The position numbers were made by a program, and so were the translations under genes. The notes below the pieces were generated by a model, which saw only the letters and a list, made by a program, of their open reading frames with translations, had not been told where the DNA came from and did no database searches. Shown here one piece after another: positions 56,366 to 64,000 of a stretch of DNA of 64,000 nucleotides. The DNA comes from Candidatus Cloacimonadales bacterium (GTDB lineage Bacteria; Cloacimonadota; Cloacimonadia; Cloacimonadales; JAIOQZ01), in contig OY771587.1 in assembly GCA_963674825.1 (NCBI GenBank), forward strand, positions 1,408,001 through 1,472,000, in the 5' to 3' direction. How positions within the stretch are numbered: the first letter of the stretch is position 1; the number at the start of each line of letters is the position of its first letter.

Positions 56366-58222
56366 CTAATCGCGTGATTTATTGAAAACCACCATATTCG
56401 TTCGATCGCTATACGGTTCGAATGTCACCTCATTTACCGTACGGAATTTACGTAGGATTTCCCGTATTTTCTCCAGAGAAACATCAATGCGTTCGATATA
56501 CTTTGCAGCAGTTTCAGCAAGCTCGCTACCTTTCAGGTAATCCTCCAGCATATCCAGATTACCGCGAATAACCATCAACGGCTGGCTGATCTCATGATTA
56601 GCTGTAACCGCCATTGCGAGGATGGAGTTATGGCGTTCCAGCTTGACGACTTCGTTGCGGGAACTAAGCAACTGCTGGTTCATCTCTTCGAGCTCCACGT
56701 TTTTCAGGCGCATGATTTCTGCTTCCTGCAAGGCAATCTTCGCTTCTGCTTCCTTCTTCTCCATATCATAGAGCATCTGCATGTCCATGATTCGAATGCG
56801 GCGACGATCGTCGAAGATTTCATCCCGTATCTTCAAGATCGAATCGAAAAGAGACTTTATTTTCGGCAGCAGCTTTGCAGCTTCCTCGTAACGACATTGT
56901 TGGATAAGGTTATCGGCATGTGTCTGGTAGAGGGTCAATTCGATTTCCCGACGTTGCAGCTCCAGGCTTCGGATATCCTTTTCGTTGCGCCCGGAGAGGC
57001 CTTCATTGACCTTACCGAGGCAATCCAGCGCTTTTTCGTAGATGGCGGGGTCACCAGATTCACGATACTGGAAAGAGTGAAGTTCGCCTATCCCGATCAG
57101 GCATCCGATACAGCTAATCTGCCCGGGTGACTGGCAATAGCGCTCGTATGCCTGCATATAATATGAATAGGCGGTTTCATATTCACCGGTCTGCGCATAA
57201 CAGATTGCGATATTCTCGAGCGTGAGAGGAATGTTATTTTGCAGATCGAATCTCGTCTTGATCTCATGGGATTTAAGAAAGTATTTCAGCGCTTCCATGT
57301 AATTACCCTGGTCCTGATAGACGAGGCCGAGGTTGTTGTTCACCATGCCGATGCCCATGTGATAGTTCAGATCAAGATAGATCTGGAGTGATTGCTGATA
57401 GCATTCATGAGCTTTTTCGTAGTTATTCAGGTTACGATGGATTGCGCCGATATGGTTTAGCGAGAAGGCACAGGATGTACGCATGTTATGCTTTTCCTGA
57501 ATTCTCAGCGCACTCAGATGTTGGGTGAGGGCTTTTTCGAACTCCGAGAACCGGTAATAACACAGCCCGATACGATTGTGGATGTTCGCACGGAGAGAGG
57601 GATTACTGCTATCGGTCGCTTTCTCCAACGCTTGGAGATGGTATTTCAATGCATCCGCAGCCTGCCCACGCACCCAGTTGATTGCGCCAAAATCTGATAG
57701 GGACATCGCCAATCCGGTGTTGTCTCCGACTTCTTTGAAGAGCTCGATCGCTTCGTTCAAGTGCTTTTCAGCGTCATCAAGCTGGTTTCGTTCGATAAGG
57801 ATCGACGCAATATTCTGGTAAGTACCGGCAACATTGAGCAGCTTGCCGTGCTTCCGAAGAAGTGGTATAGCCTGCTCGAACATCTGCAAGGCTTCGTCTT
57901 CACGGTATTCGCTGCGAAGGATAACTCCCATGTGAAACCGGATCATGGCACTGAGTTCGTCTTTATCTTCCTCAAGCTCAATTGCTTTGTCGAAGCAGGT
58001 CAGGGTCTCTTCTATTCGCTGTTTCTGGTAGAATCGAATCCCGATATAGCAGAGCGCTTTGCGATAGTTGCCCCGGATATCGAACAGCGATTTCAGTTCA
58101 TCAACGGGATCGGGAAGCTCTGAATCCTGTATATCAGAGGCATTATTGTCATCGCGTATCCATGCAATACGCGCTTCATCGTCCGCTATATTCCCCAGTT
58201 GTTTCATCCACGGATAGGTCAT
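56366..58222 (-). CDS. TPR protein ending in a HisKA/DHp domain with no ATPase domain
   Basis: TPR array, coiled linker, TANHEISQPL..IRG, then stop about 75 aa later with no N/G boxes. Start uncertain (58222 or 58264). Confidence 0.78.
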   Translation of the reverse strand: MTYPWMKQLGNIADDEARIAWIRDDNNASDIQDSELPDPVDELKSLFDIRGNYRKALCYIGIRFYQKQRIEETLTCFDKAIELEEDKDELSAMIRFHMGVILRSEYREDEALQMFEQAIPLLRKHGKLLNVAGTYQNIASILIERNQLDDAEKHLNEAIELFKEVGDNTGLAMSLSDFGAINWVRGQAADALKYHLQALEKATDSSNPSLRANIHNRIGLCYYRFSEFEKALTQHLSALRIQEKHNMRTSCAFSLNHIGAIHRNLNNYEKAHECYQQSLQIYLDLNYHMGIGMVNNNLGLVYQDQGNYMEALKYFLKSHEIKTRFDLQNNIPLTLENIAICYAQTGEYETAYSYYMQAYERYCQSPGQISCIGCLIGIGELHSFQYRESGDPAIYEKALDCLGKVNEGLSGRNEKDIRSLELQRREIELTLYQTHADNLIQQCRYEEAAKLLPKIKSLFDSILKIRDEIFDDRRRIRIMDMQMLYDMEKKEAEAKIALQEAEIMRLKNVELEEMNQQLLSSRNEVVKLERHNSILAMAVTANHEISQPLMVIRGNLDMLEDYLKGSELAETAAKYIERIDVSLEKIREILRKFRTVNEVTFEPYSDRTNMVVFNKSRD

Positions 58223-58308
58223 TCTGTTCCCCGGCAAATGATTTTCGTACACCGATACCACCAATACTATTTTCGGGATGAACAGGCAAGAACTTTATCG
58301 TTTTACGC

Positions 58309-58923
58309 TCACGGTATAAAGGCGCGGAAAAGGTAGTCGATCTCTTTCTGGTAGTACTCCTGCGGGAAATGCGGGTGAAGGACGTATTGGTGAGTAATGC
58401 CATAGAGGGCTTTCAGGAGGAACTGTTCGGCAAGATCGGGAAGAAGCGCGGAATTCAGCTCACCCTTTTCAACGCCCTCGCGGAATATCTGAATAAAGAC
58501 GTTCTCTTCGCTGCTTTCTCGCCCCTTGAGAATCTCCTTCGTGTTGGGATGAAGTTGATCCCAGCCGTTATGAACAGCAAGATCGAAATAGGTTATCAAA
58601 GCAAACTCGCTGGGACGTTCGCGGTACCAATCGTAGTACAGGTCGCAATACTCGCGTAACCGCACCAGGGCCGATTTCTCCATGTTGCTGCGAAACAGGT
58701 TGAGGATATGCTCATCGAACGCCCTCAATTGCCGCAACACCACGAACACGAGCAGGTCGGACTTGCTGCCGAAATACTGGTAGAGCGTCTTTCGGGCAAA
58801 TTCAGCCTTTTTCGCTATCTCGTCCATACCAGTCTGTTCATAGCCATTCTGGCGAAAAAGTTCGCCGGCAATTTTGATGATCTCTTCTTTTCTTCGAAGA
58901 AGCTCTCTTTCTTTACGAGTCAT
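58309..58923 (-). CDS. TetR/AcrR family transcriptional regulator
   Basis: IIKIAGELF..GYEQTGMDEIAKKAEFARKTLYQYFGSKSDL. Start 58923 or 58929. Confidence 0.92.
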   Translation of the reverse strand: MTRKERELLRRKEEIIKIAGELFRQNGYEQTGMDEIAKKAEFARKTLYQYFGSKSDLLVFVVLRQLRAFDEHILNLFRSNMEKSALVRLREYCDLYYDWYRERPSEFALITYFDLAVHNGWDQLHPNTKEILKGRESSEENVFIQIFREGVEKGELNSALLPDLAEQFLLKALYGITHQYVLHPHFPQEYYQKEIDYLFRAFIP

Positions 58924-59003
58924 ATGCACGGAACCTTTCTTAAGGCGCTTCTCCCCTTTGATCTCCTCTTTGTGCGAACATATACTATTAGGGTGATCGT
59001 TTG

Positions 59004-61397
59004 CTATTTAAGCATCAGAATTCTCTGAGCATGGATCATGTTACCAGCCTTGAGCCTGACCAGATAAATTCCGCTTGCACAGGGGATCCCGAAACGGTCG
59101 TTGCCATTCCAGAGCACCTGGTGCAATCCTGTGTTTTTTCGTTCATGAAGCAAGCTTTTTACTTTCTGACCCTTGATATTGTAAATATCGAGTTCCACCA
59201 ACGATGGTTGGTCGATGGAGAACGATACGGTCGTGGACGGGTTGAAGGGATTCGGGAAAATAGTGACGATTCCGGTGGTATGCTTTGCCGGAATCGTCTC
59301 GTTATCGTTATCGTGCGGGATAAAGTTACACCCTTGACGCCAATCAGTACCGATAAGCTCACCGTGATGGTTGAATAGACCGCTATCGTTGAGAGTGCTG
59401 CCGTTCGCTTCGTTCATTTGCCAATAGCCAATAAGTCCATCTTCGAAACCCTGAAGCGGTTCCTCCATCGTCTCCTGGATTTCTACCGCGGTACGTGCGA
59501 TGTTCCATAGTCGAGCTTCGTCCATGACACCATGATACATATTGAAACCGGCTGTGTGTGCACCGAGTGTCATACCCTGTGTTGAGTTATTCTGAAGATT
59601 ACCAGTGGGTTCATTATCCCAGGTAATGTCACAAAGGACTCCATCAATCAAGGCAATCGCGCCATTCGCGCTGGAGTATGATATCGCTATGTTCTGCCAG
59701 GAATTCAGCACGATCGTCTCCGGTTCTGTCGTTCCGATACACATTGTTCCATCTTCGGTGCGAAGCGTAATGCGTAACGCATGATCGATCGCAATTATGT
59801 TGCTACCCTTGCAGAAGATGATATCGGCCATGGCGTTGGTGTTGTTCCAGGAATAGGGATTGATCCAGGCCTCAAATGTAAAAGCCGATGTGAGTGATAG
59901 ATTATCATCTGCTTCGATATTGACCCGGGAACCGGTTCCGGGAAAAAGGACACTGCTATCGCCATCGAATACATAGATGGTTTCGACTGCGGTGAACGTA
60001 GTATCGATGCCATTGCCGGAAAGGTGAACGTCGATTGAGTAAGTTCCCGGCGTATCGTAGGTGAATTGGAATTCATTCGCAGTATCGTCCCATACTCCAT
60101 CCTGATTGACATCCCATTGGATAGTCTCGTAAGCCGGACTGGTTCGGCAGAGGCTTTCTAAATCGACCATCAAGGGTGCATGGCCCGTTTTAGGCCCGAT
60201 CTCAAAATCGCCGATTACAAACCGGTCGCGAATGCGCATGACAAGTGGCTGCTGTGTTCCAGCTTCCGTATCTGCATAACCGACACAGATGAATTCGTTG
60301 TCATCGATGCGACACATATCGAGTAACCCCGTGGCATAATCTCCCGTTACATAGATACGCCAGAGCTCGTTCAGATTCGAATCGGCTCGAAGCAGATAGC
60401 CGCAGTTACGCTGGTTATCAAAATCTCTGGTACATCCGCATAAGATCGCATCGTCGGAAGCATCGGGAGCAATCACGTCGTATGCGAAATCGTAGAATCC
60501 CTGTATTTCGTAATTCTCAGAATTGATAGCATCCAGGTCACCATCGAGTCTAACCAGTCCCGCGTCCATACGTTCCTGGCCTTCAGCAGCTGTGATGCCA
60601 ACAGCGGTAATCATGCCGCTATCGTGACGCACAACTCCGAATCCTGAGTCGTAGTCCACCGAGCCGCTGCCAAGGATCGAGGTCGCAGACTCATGCAGCA
60701 CATTTCCATCAGAATCGACGTGAAGCACCCAGATCTCGCTGTTGCGGGTACTGTCGTACTGCGAACTGGCACCTGCTATATAATAGGTACCATCTCCGCC
60801 GTCGATGATCTCCCGGCCTTCGTCGTTTGTCGCGTAACCGTAACGAACAGCCCAGAGAGAATCGCCTTCCGACGAGAGCTTCAGCATTTCAACGTCATGG
60901 AAGCCTTCCAGGCCGTCTGTTACTGAGGATAGCGCCAGGCATGCGCCGTCATCGAGCGCAACCAACGAGTAGCCAAAATCCTCGCCATCTCCGCCGAAGA
61001 AGCCCTCCCAGATCAGATTGAGCTCGTCATCCCACTTCGCGATCCAGGTCTGCATACCTTTGGATTCGGCAAAGCTGGTTCCTATAGTGAAGAAATCGTC
61101 TGAATTCGTGGCGGGAACGACGGCAGCCAGCTCCGACCATCCGTCGCGCTCCGCCACAACCGAATTGAGAGAATTACCGGAAAGGTCAAACATTGATAGA
61201 TAGCCCGATGGGAAAGCGGAACCGGATGTACAGGACCCTCCTACGCATACGATTCTTTCCTGGGATAATAGGGTAACCGCTTTGAAATTGCTGTCGAATT
61301 CGGTTTGAGCCTGATGCTGCCACATCGTTTCGAATTCAGCGCATAACATCAAAGGCAGCGCAAGCGCGACGAAAAAGAGGATAGTCGGCTTTCTCAT
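59004..61397 (-). CDS. Secreted beta-propeller/PKD/LamG protein with FlgD/T9SS-type CTD
   Basis: Signal peptide, propeller repeats, G.APL.V...YDTPGTY (PKD), FTFEAWI...MDEARLWN (LamG), FPNPFNP...IYNIKGQKV...SGIYL. Confidence 0.82.
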   Translation of the reverse strand: MRKPTILFFVALALPLMLCAEFETMWQHQAQTEFDSNFKAVTLLSQERIVCVGGSCTSGSAFPSGYLSMFDLSGNSLNSVVAERDGWSELAAVVPATNSDDFFTIGTSFAESKGMQTWIAKWDDELNLIWEGFFGGDGEDFGYSLVALDDGACLALSSVTDGLEGFHDVEMLKLSSEGDSLWAVRYGYATNDEGREIIDGGDGTYYIAGASSQYDSTRNSEIWVLHVDSDGNVLHESATSILGSGSVDYDSGFGVVRHDSGMITAVGITAAEGQERMDAGLVRLDGDLDAINSENYEIQGFYDFAYDVIAPDASDDAILCGCTRDFDNQRNCGYLLRADSNLNELWRIYVTGDYATGLLDMCRIDDNEFICVGYADTEAGTQQPLVMRIRDRFVIGDFEIGPKTGHAPLMVDLESLCRTSPAYETIQWDVNQDGVWDDTANEFQFTYDTPGTYSIDVHLSGNGIDTTFTAVETIYVFDGDSSVLFPGTGSRVNIEADDNLSLTSAFTFEAWINPYSWNNTNAMADIIFCKGSNIIAIDHALRITLRTEDGTMCIGTTEPETIVLNSWQNIAISYSSANGAIALIDGVLCDITWDNEPTGNLQNNSTQGMTLGAHTAGFNMYHGVMDEARLWNIARTAVEIQETMEEPLQGFEDGLIGYWQMNEANGSTLNDSGLFNHHGELIGTDWRQGCNFIPHDNDNETIPAKHTTGIVTIFPNPFNPSTTVSFSIDQPSLVELDIYNIKGQKVKSLLHERKNTGLHQVLWNGNDRFGIPCASGIYLVRLKAGNMIHAQRILMLK

Positions 61398-62017
61398 CTT
61401 GCCCTCCCTGTATTCATCCGATTCCATGCTGTTATAATAGCCTCATTGTTCGTCTCCCAAAGGAACTGACCCCGTGTGGTGGTCACGATATTACCATCAA
61501 TAACGGGCGCCAGCGCTTGTCCCATATAGATAGCGCCGGCAGCCTCGTATTCCTCGACAAATTCATTGTTATTGCCCGGTTTCCCTTGAACGCGTTTTCC
61601 ATTGATAACATTTGCTGCCGCCAGCACGCGAACTCCCGCGCAGGACGCCCACAGAATTTTATTCTGCTGATTCGCCTCCTGAAGCAGATTGAGAGCAGAT
61701 TGATTCGCAATGATGTCACCATATGGATTGGTTACCCACCAACGGGCCGGCCAAATTGCAATACAGTCGTATGAAGAGATGTCTTCAATGTCGTCGATGA
61801 GAATATCCATCTCGAGCGTCGGCAGATCGGACGAGCATGGTGAGACAGCCGGGGTAACACCTGTGAGCGTAAAATTCCAGCCTTTACGTTCGTAGAATTC
61901 TTTATTGAGCATGCTGTTCCCGCCGTAGTTATCGGCCACAATGACCAATACATTGAAACCTTCGGCACTGCATGCAATAGCCAGTACAAGCAGTAAGCAG
62001 ATACTGATCGCTTTCAT
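61394..62017 (-). CDS. Exported DJ-1/PfpI family protein
   Basis: Signal/lipobox LAIAC, YDCI, ASCAG nucleophile elbow, VIDGNIVT.RG. GGGAGG RBS. Confidence 0.8.
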   Translation of the reverse strand: MKAISICLLLVLAIACSAEGFNVLVIVADNYGGNSMLNKEFYERKGWNFTLTGVTPAVSPCSSDLPTLEMDILIDDIEDISSYDCIAIWPARWWVTNPYGDIIANQSALNLLQEANQQNKILWASCAGVRVLAAANVINGKRVQGKPGNNNEFVEEYEAAGAIYMGQALAPVIDGNIVTTTRGQFLWETNNEAIITAWNRMNTGRAR

Positions 62018-62027
62018 GATTCCTCCC

Positions 62028-62060
62028 GTAACATATGTTACCGATATACACATATGTCAC
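62028..62060. promoter_or_regulatory. Tandem palindromic operators (putative TetR sites)
   Basis: Perfect 14-bp palindrome GTAACATATGTTAC (62028-62041) plus a second ACATATGT core (62050-62057), between TTGACA (62084-62089, -) and the RBS. Confidence 0.6.
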
Positions 62061-62302
62061 CAAAATGTGTTCCGCATAGAATGTGTCAAGAAAATTTTTT
62101 TGTAGTAATCGGGTAATATCGCGCTGAATGCCACTCATGTGCAGATACGTAAACAGCACATATAAAAATTATTTGACAGATTGTAATGATTCAATATTAT
62201 AAACAATGACAACCGGGGTGAAAAGGTATTTTGACGTTCATAGGATTCGAAATCAGGTGCTATATCAACTCAGCCACACAATTACAATAAGGAGTATTTA
62301 TC

Positions 62303-63592
62303 ATGAAAAAAATGCTCGTCGCTTTATTTCTGCTCGCACTCGGTATACTCAATGCCCAGTTTTGCGATACCGTCTGGCTTCAAGAGCCGGACCCGGTTGG
62401 AATCGATGTCGATATGTCATACACGGATGTCGCAGATGATTTCACTGTTGGTGAAGATACGTATATTTGTGGGATCCGTTTCTGGACATCATGGAGACAG
62501 GACGTCAATATCGGAGCACTCGGCTATTACGTCGGAATCTGGAGCGATGTTCCTGCCGGTGTCGATCTTCCATGGAGCCATCCGGGAACCGAGTTATGGA
62601 ACAATATCTTTTTTGTGGGCGATGGAATAACCACCATCAATGATCCCCTCGAAGGCTTGCAGAGCTACTTCTATCCACTGACCGACGAACTCTATCCTGG
62701 AGATCATTTCTTCTACTATCAGGTTAACTGTGGCGATTGCGATGCCGGGCAGTATATCTCCGACGTGACCACACCGTTCCATGCAATAGCTGGAACCGTT
62801 TACTGGCTGGTTATAAACCCGCTTCTCGAAGGTGGGGAATGCGGCTGGAAAACATCATGGTATGACTACAACGATACCGCAGTGTATTTTGACAATGTTA
62901 CGACAAGCCTGTGGCAGACGGTTCAAATCCCATCATATGACCCTATTGTTAATCTAGCCTTCCAGCTTTGTGGATGCAACAGTGAGACTTGCCCCGTCGA
63001 ACTCTCCTGCTTCGATGCCGCTGTTACACAGAGCAACTTTGTGGAACTCAACTGGACCACAGAGTCCGAGAGCGACCTACTGGGATACAACGTCTTGCGT
63101 AGCGATAGCGATGTACTGGAAAATGCCATTACCATTAACGCAGACTACATTGCAGCGAATAACACCACTTCACAGTGCGACTACATCTATACAGATACAG
63201 AAGTGGAAATCAACGGCATTTACAACTACTGGCTTGAAAGCGTTGAGATGAATGGTTCAAGCGAATTCTTCGGTCCAATCTCGGTGACAGTTATCGAATC
63301 CGGTGGCGAAACACCTCCTAATCCGAGTGAAGTTCTCTCCGTGTTCGACGCGGTTTACCCGAACCCGTTCAATCCTAACACCAAGTTCAGCTACACACTG
63401 GCCGAGGCTGGTAACGTGACATTCAAGATCTACAATACGAAGGGCCAGCTGGTCGAGACAATTACCGACCACGGCAATAAGGGAACAAACAGCGTAAGCT
63501 GGGACGCAAGTGGCCAGTCGTCGGGTATTTACATGGTTCACATGCAATCAAAGGGCTATGAGTCACTGCGTAAGGCAGTCCTGATCAAATAA
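62303..63592 (+). CDS. Secreted acidic protein with PVELS linker domain and FlgD/T9SS-type CTD
   Basis: Signal peptide, VADDF domain, PVELSCF...WTTESE..LLGYNV.R, YPNPFNP...IYNTKGQLV...SSGIY. AAGGAG RBS. Confidence 0.85.
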   Translation: MKKMLVALFLLALGILNAQFCDTVWLQEPDPVGIDVDMSYTDVADDFTVGEDTYICGIRFWTSWRQDVNIGALGYYVGIWSDVPAGVDLPWSHPGTELWNNIFFVGDGITTINDPLEGLQSYFYPLTDELYPGDHFFYYQVNCGDCDAGQYISDVTTPFHAIAGTVYWLVINPLLEGGECGWKTSWYDYNDTAVYFDNVTTSLWQTVQIPSYDPIVNLAFQLCGCNSETCPVELSCFDAAVTQSNFVELNWTTESESDLLGYNVLRSDSDVLENAITINADYIAANNTTSQCDYIYTDTEVEINGIYNYWLESVEMNGSSEFFGPISVTVIESGGETPPNPSEVLSVFDAVYPNPFNPNTKFSYTLAEAGNVTFKIYNTKGQLVETITDHGNKGTNSVSWDASGQSSGIYMVHMQSKGYESLRKAVLIK

Positions 63593-63611
63593 TAATCAGG
63601 GGTAGCACAAC

Positions 63612-63644
63612 AACGCCATCGGTTCATTCCGGTGGCGTTTTTTT
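63612..63644 (+). terminator. Intrinsic terminator
   Basis: AACGCCATCGG/CCGGTGGCGTT stem with T tract. Confidence 0.8.
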
Positions 63645-64000
63645 CAGCCAACCCTTTATGAATAGCAGTTCACAATACCGAGGATTCATTATATATTGTG
63701 ATAGCATTAATTTTTCTTCGAGATATCTTTATTTGTTTATCACATATACGCTTACACACATTTGAAAAACCATGTAACACGTTTCCTATTTGTAATGTAA
63801 AAAAAATATTGCCCAAAAGCATCCTTCGACAGGCTCCAGATACGCATTTCCTTTCACATGATTAATATTCACGCGCCACATCATTTAAATTTACTTGACA
63901 TTCTCATGTTTTTATATCCAATTGAGTTATAATAATTGACGCTCATTGCTATTATTAATCATAGAGAAGCCGTCTATCATAAATATTAGTATATTTTTGC

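Noticed and set aside
61380..61430. DJ-1 and the downstream CTD protein as one frameshifted gene
   Set aside because: The downstream gene has its own GGGAGG RBS, ATGA overlap and signal peptide, which is normal translational coupling.
62190..62295. Riboswitch in the leader of the 62303 gene (also considered 2740-2810)
   Set aside because: No recognisable conserved riboswitch core or terminator; needs an Rfam scan.
63819..63843. CATCCTTCGACAGGCTCCAG resembling a short mobile palindromic repeat
   Set aside because: Single degenerate copy with no partner; cannot be supported from this window.

Overview
Bacterial chromosomal window, probably from a Candidatus Cloacimonadota-like (FCB-affiliated) anaerobe. 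That assignment is inferred from the FlgD/T9SS-type C-terminal domains, the gingipain-like C25 protein and the look of the 16S sequence; it was not checked against a database. The window holds: a CDP-dideoxyhexose sugar cluster (rfbF, rfbG, partial epimerase/reductase); a large TPR protein; an envC-like/tsaC-LMWPTP fusion/purL cluster; a large GH13 enzyme; an AntD-like acyltransferase-ACP-ligase-ketoreductase cassette; a HIRAN protein; a housekeeping run (tdk, yggT, divIVA, PNP, dksA/traR-like, lspA, OB-fold CTD protein, PorV-like barrel, polA, larA-like, CPBP, zupT); degP; a full minus-strand rRNA operon (16S, tRNA-Ile, tRNA-Ala, 23S, 5S); a TPR histidine kinase next to a TPR protein with only a HisKA domain; and a DJ-1/secreted protein/TetR unit with tandem palindromic operators. 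The most notable theme is a T9SS-like surface-protein system: several CTD-bearing cargo proteins, a CTD-variant protein paired with a PorV/PorP-like barrel, a possible second FN3-like C-terminal tag, and a C25 protein lacking the canonical His. Two secreted-protein genes are each split by one in-frame stop codon. No CRISPR array, prophage or intact mobile element was seen.
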